NCBI RefSeq assembly: GCF_000143415.4
Contig: NW_003314262.1
Span: forward strand, 5,096,397 to 5,160,396
Source of the DNA: Selaginella moellendorffii
Taxonomy: Eukaryota > Plantae > Lycopodiophyta
Reading direction: 5' to 3'
Length of the DNA: 64,000 bases
Shown here: positions 52,701-64,000 of the stretch, one piece after another
Numbering within the stretch: position 1 is the stretch's first letter
Layout: each line of letters opens with the position of its first letter
The notes under the pieces: model-generated
Told to the model about the DNA's origin: nothing
What the model saw: the letters and a program-made list of their open reading frames with translations, nothing else
Database searches by the model: none
Program-made: the position numbers and the translations under genes

Positions 52701-55700
52701 ATTCTTATGGTTCGGTTCTATCCCCTTACTTCTTGCTTTTTTGGCTTCACACCTTTCCTTTGGTCATTCTCCTCCAGACCAGGAGGATATCTTTGCACTT
52801 TCTATCACGCTTTAGCAAGTATTCTTAGGGATGAACCTACCCAATAGCCTAGGGAGTGGTTCCTCAATTCGGGTATGCTCACCTTATAATCCCACACACC
52901 GGGATTACATTGTTACTTATGGGCCTTTACATGCCCATCACTAGCCTTGCCAAAATTCCATTTTTGGCTTTGTCCAACTCGGGTAGACAGTCCTCTCCTG
53001 TCTCCGCAACCTTGGACATTTGGATAGCACCTTCTATCCATCATTCGCTAGGGACTTAGTCCCTTGGGCTTTATCCATTGCCCTCGTGACATCAAACACC
53101 ACCTTCTGGTGTTCTAGAGTGTCCGAGTGTCCCAATGATAGCTTTCTTGACAATGAGTATTTCCTTTTATGACATTGACTTACTATATCGCAACACAAGC
53201 AACTTATCCCCCGTAAGGGTATATCCAACTTCCTTATGCTATTAAGAAGTCTTGGGCAGCTACCTTCTACCCGTTTAACCAGTTATTTTGCACCTCTTGC
53301 TTAGTTGCCTCATAGTTGTCAAGTCCTACAACTCATTGCTTGGTGCTTTCACACCTCCATCATTATCTGGGTCACCACACTCCAACTGCATGCTCTGCAG
53401 CTTAGGCTATGCCATTCCCATTTCCATTGGGATTCCTTTGGCAAGGGGTTCTCATGAACCCACCAACATAGCCTTAAGGTATCACACCTTGGCACATTTG
53501 GTGTCTCCACACCATCGGCTCCACGAGCCTACCTCTATGACATTTCCCCTTCGTGTCTAAGTTTTTGCCAAGACCAACACCGCTATTTCTCATGCCAACC
53601 ATCCGTTAGCACTGCCCCATAGAGGTCACACACAACTTTATGTCAAAGTTGTTTTCTTCTGGGAACACCTTTCCCATAACTTTAGCATGGCACATTTTGC
53701 CATCGATGAGATACCCTCTGTTCTCATCCTTGGATCCTATGATCCCCCCCCATCCTTTGTGGGGTACAACACACCTCAGTCCAAATGCTTCCATCAGTCC
53801 TTTTAGGACCATCCCTTGACTCTACTTGAGTCATCCAGCAGTTTTGGACTTGGTTAATCCACAGACCCGTAAGGTCCTACTTGTGAGGCACTAGCTCACT
53901 GGAATACACTTCTTGCATTCCTGTCCTACTCAAAAGGACTATTTTCACAAGTGTTACTCCGACACTTGATTTTGTTCTCTGGGGGCAACCTTTGCCCCTT
54001 AGGACTACTTTGTCCATGTGATGAGAACACCAACTCATCCACTTAATACACCCCCAACTCCTGGGGTTGTTCCAGCATTTATTAGAGGTAGCCCCGGCTA
54101 CCTTTTCAAGGACTTGAGTCCTCTTCCGTATTTGACCTCCCACGGTCATTACTTCTGGTCTCACATTCATGAGCACCAACCTCAACTATATGAGGAAAAT
54201 CTTGTGACTCCTTTATTGCTTTGGAGTCTTTATCTTTCCCGTGATCCCAACTGTAGTTGTTTACCACAACTACATTAGCCAGTTTGCTAAGTCAAACGCT
54301 CATCTGGATCACATCCTCAACTCTTTGAGGAAAACCATATACTGTTCCCAAGATCCCAAAGTCATTCCATTATTGGCCCTTTTCTATCCACCACCTCGTC
54401 TACAAGTTCACACATGAACTGTAATGGAGAGCCATGTCTTCCCGACTTGCTACTCCTCAAGGATAGGCCCACTCCTCGGACCTTCCGATGCCAACACTAG
54501 TGGTGATATACTTGAGCACCAATAAAAGTCGGACTAAGGAACAGCTCTGATACCAAATTGTAAGCAACTAATTTTTCCATTCCACTTTAGTCACTTAACC
54601 ACACCTCTGACCACTTGGAGGAGTCTCATTCACAACCTCCATAAGTCCAATCCAGGACTTGGGACTTGCTAGCCCCGAGAATGGCATCCATGCCACTCAA
54701 CATTTGCACTTGGTCTAAGTGCTCCACGTGTCCGACCCCATGACCAACACTCAAAGGTACCACCGACATAGCAGCCCGTTACGCTAAGGCCATGCCCAAT
54801 CACCTTTGCCACACTAGTAGTCCAATACCACTTGCATCACAGTCTTGGCTCTCCAAGACTAGGCAAACCATCCGTGAGTGGTCATTTCAGATCCACTCCT
54901 TAGCATCCTTAGGATGCCCACCGACAAGGGGAATAGCCTTCCCCAATATCCCTCTGTCAGTCCCCACTAAGTCCCTTTCTGCCCCTGGTCGTGTTTGCCA
55001 ACACTGCCACTGGATCGAGACCCACAGGCCCGACCACTAAGTCCCACAGTCCTCTGGGACTTCCTCACCACACGACTGTGTCCTTGGTCACTACCCCAGA
55101 GGCCTGCTCCTCTTCCTTTCCACAGTCTGGGCCTTTGGGACAACATTTCGGAACACTGTGGCCTTACGCGAGCCACCTGGGTACTCTCCTCGCCTTTTGC
55201 CCTTGGGTGCTCTAGCCATGGGCTTAGAGCGGGTTCCGTTGAGCCACACCAGGTATCCAAGTAGGTAGTGCCACCCACACTTGGACTGGGAGCATCGGCC
55301 AGTCGATCTCCCGGGGGAACTAGAGCCGGCTCTTGAACACTTCACCAAGCTACCCCGCTTGTCGGTCCGTGTTCACTCTAGTCTTGGACTTCCCAGTGGG
55401 CAGCTCATCACCCAACACTGGGTCCGGCCTTCCTGGGCCAAACTGGCCTTTCCTGGCCAAACTGGCTCCACTGCAGTCCTCCCCCTTACTATACTTTTGG
55501 AGCTCACCAAACCCCCCAGGGTCTGGGAGACGAACGCTTTGGGCTTTCACCCTCTCAGGCTCCGGACTCGGACTCAGACTCGGACTCAGACTCAGACTCG
55601 GACTCGGACTCGGACTCGGATTCGGACTCGGACTCGGACTCGGGCTCGGGCTCGGTCTCGGCCTCGGCCTCGGTCTCGATCCCGATCTCGGTCTCGGTCT

Positions 55701-56337
55701 CGGTCTCGGTCCCGGTCTCGGTCTCGACTTCGGACTCCATCTCGGACTCCATCTCGGGTCCATCTCGGGTCCATCTCGGACTCCATCTCGGGTCCATCTC
55801 GGACTCCATCTCGGACTCCAACTCGGGTCCATCTCAGGTCCACCTCGGACTCCACTTCGGACTCCAACTCGGGTCCATCTCGGGTCCACCTCGGACTCCA
55901 CTTCGGACTCCATCTCGGAATCCATCTCGGGTCCATCTTGGACTCCACTTCGGACTCCAACTCGGGTCCATCTCGGACTCCAACTCAGGTCCATCTCGGA
56001 CTCCACTTCGAGCTCCAACTCGGGTCCATCTCGGACTCCACTTCGGACTCCAACTCGAGTCCATCTCGGGTCCACCTCGGACTCCACTTTGGACTCCATC
56101 TCGGACTCTCCCACGTGTCATGTGTTGGTCCTTTTGGGTCCCTTTTTGGAGCCTCGCCTTTTGCTCGCTTCGTGCTCATTCCTCGAGCACGTCGTTGGGA
56201 GTTCCACTCCCGCTCTTGACTTTTCAAGTCGGAGCTTTTGGTCCAAACGTGTTACGCTCGTTTGGCTCTCGCTTCGGCCACTACCATGTGGCACCCTTCC
56301 GGCTCCACTTTGGGGCCTAGGGATTTTGTGTCTCACA
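42852..56337 (-). mobile_element. Tandem family B structure LTR-I-LTR-I-LTR; LTRs 42852-44579, 48650-50502, 54559-56337; about 4-kb non-coding internal regions
   Basis: TG..CA LTRs, reverse-complement PBS at 48635-48646 and 54544-54555, reverse-complement PPT actccaccaccc after 44579 and 50502. Outer flanks TTTAT and AAGAG differ. Confidence 0.9.
43830..44345. repeat. Compound minisatellite inside family B LTRs (TCGGAC/TCGGTC hexamers plus GGACTCCATCTC/GGGTCCATCTC 12/11-mers); also at about 38415-38735, 49650-50270, 55560-56107 and 61398-61730
   Basis: Directly visible arrays with a different copy number in each LTR. Confidence 0.95.
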
Positions 56338-57723
56338 AAGAGATTCCAGCACTTGCTCCTCGCAACCTCCGAAAGGGCCGTCATGAAGCCTTTCATGAGA
56401 GTAAGGACTTTGATTTGGAACATTCTTTTATTCATTCTTGACTTCACTTTTTTTTTTATAGATGTTGCAGAGAGCAGCCATCAGTCTTTTTGGCGGACTA
56501 AGACATTCTTCCCATCCCTCCCTACGGCTACAAATGACGACCTAGAAGAGCTCTCCTCTGCAGCGATGCATAAACAGGTTAGTAAGCATGAATTTTATCT
56601 TCAAGTTCTAATAGTTGATTTTCAAGTTCGCCCTCTATCCCCAACGGCCAGTGTTGGGGAAGTTGTTGTTCTCATTGGGGATTACACACAGCTTTTAGAT
56701 GCTACTAGTCGGGAGCTCTACATGCTTGATCGGTGGATCCATGGTTTGGGTCAGCTCACACCTTATGGGAAGATCGATTTCATCTTTTTCGATCTTCCCG
56801 ATGGGATGCCACCACCGCAGGGGGATACTCCGTCATGGAATGTGTTGCAGGCCCAACACATTTCCCAAGCCTTAAAGGTTTCGAGCAGCTTCATGACATA
56901 CGAGGGTGTGGTTGTCATGATCCTTCCTCGCTCTCTAATGTGGGAAGGCCTTCTCGCACACTTGGCTGACAATGATGATGGATTTGTTGAGTTTTCATCT
57001 GGTTGCCTTCTTTCGAGTATGGCGGTGGACACAAAAGGCACTAGCAGGCAGACGCGAAAGGTGTGTGACTTCTTTATTTATAAATTAACTCTATTCTATT
57101 TTTTTTTCCAGATTTATTCCTGGAACTACCATGCTCTATGCCACATTGGGAACCAGCGTAATGCCACACGAGCTGACGAGCGTGCTGCTCTTGCTTTACC
57201 AGGATATGACAGCTCTACAGACATCATCCCAAATGTGATTGACTCGGATGTTCTTCACCCAGCGTTCCCTAGTTATCGACATCGTTCGGTCACGGCCATG
57301 CAAATCTTGTTGGAGTTATTCTGTCCGCCAAGGGGGATTGTGCTTGATGCTACAGTAGGATTTGGATCAATGGTGCAGGCAGCAAAAGAGACAGGCCCAG
57401 CAGTTTTTGCACTTGAGAAGGAGGGTGCCTTTGAGGACATTCTTATGAGATTTTGCGACAGGTGTTGTTAGTGCTTGAAATAATCTATAATATTTATTCT
57501 CAAATGTTTCTATTTTATTAGGTCTACACTTATCACACACAGTGTTTCAATCCACACACTTGATCTTGATGATATGGATGATCATATGGACCGAAGTCAA
57601 TTCCACTTACCTATTTATGCTGAACGTATGGCACAACATTACATACAACACGAGCCTATAGTGAAGGAGCATTCCACTATACCCATTTCTACTTTTCTGG
57701 ATATGGAAGCAGAAGAAGATTGA
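56338..57723 (+). CDS. 3' part of a spliced gene for a beta-class N4-cytosine/N6-adenine DNA methyltransferase-like protein, 5'-truncated by an LTR
   Basis: Motif IV-like KIDFIFFDLPDG (DLPD at 56791-56802) precedes motif X/I-like HRSVTAMQILLELFCPPRGIVLDATVGFGSMVQAAKETGPAVFALEKE (about 57280-57423). GT-AG introns 56401-56461, probable 56582-56626, 57061-57111 and 57462-57521 keep the frame open to TGA at 57723. Confidence 0.75.
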
Positions 57724-60700
57724 ATATATTCTAATTTTAATATAAATTATATTGTTTAATATATTATTTTCTTTTTTTGTAGACTAAAAGATTAGTTCAT
57801 GTCAAACCAATAATCTACATGAGTTTATGGCATACCTTAAACACCTAGATTTTGTGTTAAAAATTCTTGGTTCGGGACGAACTAAGGTAATGCCATTAAA
57901 CTTTCGCTAGTTAGGGGATTGTATTGACTTCCTTTGACTTTTGTTGACTTTCATTGACTTGAGCTCAGCTCAAAAACTACCCAGCCCCGTATCTCATCGA
58001 TGGCAAAATGTGCCATGCTAAAGTTATGGGAAAGATGTTCCCTAAAAAAGAAAGTAACTTTGGCATAGAGTTGTGTGTGAACACTATAGTGTAGTGTTAG
58101 CGGATAGTTGATATGAGAAACACTATATCGGTCTTGGTAAAGACCTAGACACTAATAAATAGTGTCATAAAGATAAGTTCATGGAGCCAAATGTGCCAAA
58201 GTGTGATACCTTGAGGTTATGTTGATAGGTTCATAAGAACCCCTTACCAAGGGAATCCTAATGGAAATGGGAATGGCATAGCCTATGCTGAAAGGCATGC
58301 GGTTGGAGTGTGGTGACCCAGATAATGATGGAGGTGTGGAAGCACCAAGCAATGAGTTATAGGACTTGACAACTATGAGGCAACTAAGCAAAAGGTGCAA
58401 AATAATTGGTTAAATTGGTAGAAAGTAGCTACCTAAGACTTATGGCATAAAGAAGTTGAATATACCCTTATGGGAGAGAAACTACTTATGTTGCAATATA
58501 GTAAGTCAATGTCGTAAAAGGAATATTTATTGTCAAAGAAGATCATCATTAGGACACCCAAACACTTTAAAACACCAGGAAGTGGTGTTTGGTGTCGTAA
58601 GGGCATTAGATAAGGCCCAAGGGATTAAGTCCCTAGTGAATGATGGATAGGAAGTGCTATCCAAACATCCAAGGTTGTAGAGACGGAAGGAATCTGTCTA
58701 CCTGATTTAGACAAAGCCAAAAATGGGATTTTGGCAAGACTAGTGATGGGCATATGAAGGCCCATAAGTAACAATAGTAATCCCAGTATATGGGATTATA
58801 AAATGAGCATACCCAGATTGAGGAACCACTCCCTAAACTATTGGGTAGGTTCATCCCTATGAATACTTGCTAAGGCATGGTAGAATGTGCAACGCTATCC
58901 TCCTAATCTGGAAGAGAATAACCAAAGGAAACATATGAGGCTAAAAAGCAAGTAGTATTGGGATGGAACTGAATTATAGAAATTGAAGGGCATAACCAAT
59001 GGTGGTTATGCAAGTTGAGAGTGGAGAATCAAGAGGGTGCTTAAGGATGTTGTTACTAGCAACTGCAATGCCATGGAAAGTTTAAAATATGGAATTATCC
59101 ATGTTAAACCATGTGGTGAGTAGAGAGCTTGCAAAGGAGAAGCCTTAGCAAGCTAAGGAACAGAGTTCCTTGAAGGTTCCCAAAGACAATTCTGGGTAGA
59201 TAAGTATTTAGAAAGCCAAGTGTAAATGGTTCCTAGAGTGTGCGAAATCAGAGTGGCACAGCAGAAGCATGGTTTTGAAGCTGGCCATGAAGCGAGGCTA
59301 TCAAGGTTAGGGAAGTAGTTCCCAAGTGTTCAAAGAGAAGGCTTTGAACAAAAGTTGATGATTAAGGACTTTCACATATGCATGAACCATATTACGATGG
59401 CTGAATGACTTGCTAAGTGAGATTAGCAAGTTTGGGGAACAAATCCTCTAGTTGAAGGTTCTAACTTCAAAGGGGTGGCCCATGGGGCCGAGCATGGAGG
59501 AGTCCATGCATGATCACAGACTTGTCAAGTGAGAGGAGTTAGTAGTGCAGAGGAACTAGGTTCCTAAGCTATGATTTATAGCACACTTTAAGTACATATT
59601 GGTGCACCGGTGTGGGGAGTCACACTAGGCATCTAGTGTGATGTCGTCCATAGATGCATATACGGAGGTTGGGTTCAAGTCCCGACCCTTTAATGCTTGG
59701 GTTCGAGTCCCAAATCACTAGAGCATGGTGATGGTTTGGAATATAAGTACACTCATATTTCGGTGGTTATGGATTCTCAATGAGGAGATTGGCTTGGGCA
59801 CACCGCCAAGTGGGGGATGCCTCGGAGTCGTGATGCACGGTTAGATTGCTTAGAGTAAAAGCTCGGCATATTTAACTTGAACATTTTGGTGCAAAGGGCA
59901 CCAAGGATGTAGTGAATGAGATAGGGACACCCAATCTCAGTTGCTATGGATCTTTGGCCAAAAGGGCTAGCTTGGGCACACTGCCAAGTGTGGGGATGCT
60001 CCCGGGGTTATAGTCAACAATTTAAAAAGGGTCTGGAAGATTTAATTCCATTTGGTAGACCTGTTAAGGTGCCAAGTTTATATCACTAGGTGGTCTTATG
60101 GCTAAGCAAGGACAAGGTCTTTGTGAAGTTAAGGAATAAGGTTCCTTTCAAAATGTTGATTTAAATTGTTGATGGTGGTGGGGCTTGGTCAAGGTGACAA
60201 AGTGAGAAGAACACCTAAGGGAAATGTGCCATGTCAATGCAATGGCATAGTAAGTCCAAGGAAAGTAATCTCTATAAAATATCCATGGGAGGGTCTCAAA
60301 GTTGGGCCGTAGATAGAGCCCACAGCAGAAAATGTTAAAGAGACGTACTAGGGGTGAACACCCTCTGGACTTGGCAAAACAAAATGTTTGCTATGGAACC
60401 GAAAGGATACCTCAAGAATGGAAGTAGCGATCCTATGTTACTAGGTGCAATAATCAAGGATAGGAGCAAAAGATTAATGGTTAAGAAAGAGCCAGGGGAA
60501 TCATGGGAAAGAATCCAAATGGCAAATTAGGCCGAGAACACTAATGTGTTGGGTGCTAACGGATTGTAGGAAAGGCAATGTTTTCCCAAGGATGGATTCC
60601 CAATTGTTCCGATTTGGCGAAAGTGGAAGCTTCAATGGGGGGAGTGGTAAAGTAGCCAAATAATAGGGCCATGGGCCGCTCTAGCACAAATTATGATAAT

Positions 60701-62694
60701 TGGAACTTAGTGCCAAAAGTGGCATGATATCGAAGAGGGGATGATGCCCTCAAGTAAAGAACTTCCTAGGATGGGGAAGTGCATGGGCAATGTAAGCTAT
60801 TAGAGACACCTAGGAAATTGACTCTAAGAAGTCAAAATTAAAAGTTTCAAAGTGCAAAGGTTATATTTGAGACTACTTGAGAATAAGTAGTGGAATTGAG
60901 TTAGAGAGGGTGTCTCTAACCGGTTTAATAAGAACTAAACTAATAAAAGGAAAGGACCACCACAAGTGGTCAAATGAGCCTCTAAGTTGGAAAGGCTATG
61001 CTCCTTAGAGGATGGACAAGGCATGGTGAGCCTTCGGTGTCAAACCATTGATGAGTATTGGCTAGATACCAAAGATGGAAAGGGTGATACATGTTAGTAT
61101 TACTTTATAAAATGGTTTGTCGTTCGATGAGGACATCAAACTTCGTCTATGGGTGGTGGAGTTGTGAGACACAAAATCCCTAGGCCTCAAAGTGGAGCCG
61201 AAAGGGTGCCATGTGGTAGTAGTTAAAAGGAAAACCAAACGAGCGTAACACGTTTGGACTAAAAGCTCCAACTTGAAAAGTTGAAAGCGGGAGTGGAACT
61301 CCCAACGAAGTGCTCAAGGAACAAGCATGAAGCAAGCAATAAATGAGTCTCTAGAAAAGGGACACAAGAGGACCAACACATGACACGTGGCAGATTCTGA
61401 GATGGACCCGAGGACCCGAGATGGAGTTCGAGATGGAGTTTGAGATGGACCGAGATGGAGTCCGAGATGGACCCGAGATAGAGTCCGAGATGGACCCAAG
61501 ATGGAGTCTGAGATGGACCGAGACGGAGTCCGAGATGGAGTCTAAGAAGGACCCAAGATGGAGTCCGAGGTTGAGACCGAGACCAGGACTGAGACCGAGA
61601 CCGAGACCAAGACCGAGACCGGGACCGAAACCGGGACCGAGACCGAGACCGAGGCCAAGCTCAAGACCGAGACCGAGCCCGAGCCCGAGCCCGAGTCCGA
61701 GTCTGAGTCCGAGTCTGAGTTCGAGTCTGAGAGGGTGAAAGCCCAAAGTGTTCGTCTCCCAGACCCTAGGGGGAGGATTGTAGTGGAGCCAGTGTTTGGC
61801 CAGGAAAGGCCAGTTTGGCCAGGAAGGCTGTACCCAGTGTTGGGTGATGAGTTGCCCATTGGAAAGTCCAAGACTATAGTGAACACGGACTGACAAGCGG
61901 GGTAGCTTGGTGAAGTGTTCAAGAGCCGGCTCTAGTTCCCCCAGGAGATCGACTGGCCGATGCTCCTAGTCCAAGTGTGGGTGGCACTACCTACTTGGAT
62001 ACTAGGCATGGCTCAATGAAACCTTGCTCTAAGCCCATAGCTAGAGCACCCAAAAGTGGAAGGCAGGGAGAGTACCCAGGAGGCCCATATAGGGCCGCAG
62101 TGTTCCGAAATGTTATCCCAAAGTTTCAGATTGTGGAAAAGAAGATGAGTAGCCCTCTAGTGTGGTGACCAAGGGCATAGTCACATGGTGAGGAAGTCCC
62201 AGAGGACCATGGGACTTAGTGGTCGGGCCTGTCGGCCTTGATCTAGTGGCAGTATTGGCGAGCATGGCCATGGACAAAAAGGGACTTGGTGAGGGCCGGA
62301 AAGGGGATATTGGGGAAGGCTATTCCCCATGTCTATGGGCACTCTAAGGATGCTAAAGAGTGGATCTGGGATGACCACTCATGGACAGAAGGCCCAGTCT
62401 TGGAAAGACGGGGTTGCAATGCAAGTGGTGTTGGATCATCAATGTGACCAAGGTGAATGGGCATAGCCTAGCGTAACGGGCTGGTATGTTGGTGGTACCT
62501 TGGGTGTCGGTCATGGGATCGGACATGTGAAACACTTGGACCAAGTGCAAAGGTTAAGTGGCGAGGATGCCATTCTTGGGGCTAGCAAGCCCAAGTCCAA
62601 AATAGGACTTATGGAGGTTGTGAGTGAGACTCCTCCAAATGGTCGGAAGTGTGGTTAAGTGACTAAAGTAGAATGGAAAAATTAGTCGCTTACA

Positions 62695-63360
62695 TCTATC
62701 TCCTCGTCACCTAACACTAAGTGTTTTGCCTATAAATCTCCACAGATAGCAAAAATGCTTAAGCAAGATGAGCATGTGAAAGAAATCTCATCTAGTGACA
62801 AAGAACTTGATTATGGCCAAGTAAAGTTGTCTAGAGAGCTCCTGCTTTCTCCTTATGACAAGGTTTGTCTTAATGTTTTTGGGTTACTTGCCTATGCAAA
62901 GTTGCTCAAAGGAGAAATATTGATCCAACAATGGATCAAGTTCATGCAAAAGTGGTACCCAACGGAGCATGTATTTCTCTTTTACAGGCGAGTCCATCCA
63001 GTTTGCTTAGATTTTTCATGTAGACAATGAGGTCAAAATAATCATAGTGAGCAAGAAGGATTGCATGCTCAATCAATATGTCCTCTCTAACTACACATCT
63101 GAATGACCCTACTATTGAGCCACCTCTTCCAGTATCTTCTCTAGTTGAGATAGCGAGGGATGTGGATGTGGAGAAAAATTCCAATAATACAAATTCAAAT
63201 GAGCAAAATTCTCCCCTCAAAAAGAAACTTTGCCTAGATCCAAAAATCTAAGCTACAAGATCTCTAGGGTTCGTTTCACAAAACTCCAATGGCCAAGTAT
63301 ACTGTAGAAAAGCTAGATGTAGCAAGTATGGTGATAAAACACCACATTCTTATCAAGAAT
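62695..63360 (+). pseudogene. Possible LINE ORF1 (DUF4283/zinc-knuckle-like) remnant; host site of the outer LTR element, continuing from about 37930-38183
   Basis: VFGLLAYAK...LIQQWIKFMQKW spacing and a degenerate YCRKARCSKYG...H segment. Weak similarity only. Confidence 0.3.
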
Positions 63361-64000
63361 AGAGTGGTGACTCATTTACGTCTACAGAAACAACTCTGAT
63401 GCTGATACAAATCTCTCTAAGCATTAGGGAAGTGATGAGTACACAAATGGATAACACTAAGGAAATGATGGATGCCGAAGTTGTGAAAGAAATTCCACAA
63501 TTTAGGCCACAAAGTTTGACATGTGATATGCCTACAGATGCCAAAAATCCATTAGCTGTAGACACAACTAATGAGGTGAGTTTAAGCTAAGAAGATCACA
63601 GCCAAGAAACTCAACAGGATGAAGAGTATGAGGCTATAAAAGAAGATCTAGGTGAACCAAAAGAGTACAGGCTAAGTCTTCTCCAATCCACCTATGCATC
63701 CAACAACAACATACCCTTGCCCAATCAATCTACCAAGATGAGGCAGCCATAATAGCAGCAGACACTATAATAGCACTACAAGGTCAAAGCTAGTTGTGCC
63801 TTCACTCACAAGACTACAAGTCAGCCAAGCAAGGCAGCAGTCTAAAGCTTTATGGAGTAGCTTGCTCAACACATCAAGGGAGGCAAGCAGCCAGTCGACA
63901 AGCTGATATAACCAATAAAAGATAAAGAAACAGCAAAATACCATGTATAGGTCTTATGCTACCTCAAGACAATCACTATGAAAGTGGATGGAGTCATGAG

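Larger units (their letters stand above)
38184..62694 (+). mobile_element. Outer family B LTR retrotransposon enclosing a nest; 5' LTR remnant 38184-39554, internal remnant about 57989-61162, 3' LTR 61163-62694
   Basis: TGTGAGACAC... start, ...GCTTACA end, identical flanks TCTAT (38179-38183 and 62695-62699), PPT-like gggtggtggagt at 61151-61162. Confidence 0.85.

Noticed and set aside
55333-57471. 712-aa ORF as a single protein
   Set aside because: The first 335 or so codons are LTR and minisatellite sequence that happens to be in frame with MTase exons and stop-free introns. It is not a plausible natural fusion without transcript evidence.

Overview
Eukaryotic plant genomic DNA. The 45-60 bp introns, tight gene packing and a GC-rich PLS-type PPR gene suggest a lycophyte such as Selaginella (inference). 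Three zones. (1) 1-16 kb: transposon remnants, including an LTR family A 5' LTR with PBS, an eroded Ty3/gypsy chromovirus pol, two 5S rRNA-bearing Cassandra-type TRIMs, another TRIM, and a short Helitron carrying PPR debris. (2) 16-36.2 kb: compact gene island with DUO3-like, ICE1/SCRM-like bHLH, an aspartic protease pseudogene, a PLS-E PPR, two GALS/GT92 paralogs, chorismate mutase, V-ATPase c and a GNAT+BRCT gene. (3) 38.2-62.7 kb: one family B LTR element bounded by a TCTAT target-site duplication. It holds nested insertions, a three-LTR tandem whose middle LTR is chimeric, and the 3' part of a spliced gene for a prokaryotic-type beta-class N4C/N6A DNA methyltransferase-like protein that appears to lie on its own mobile element. 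This last gene is the most interesting find. All calls were made by eye with no database searches.
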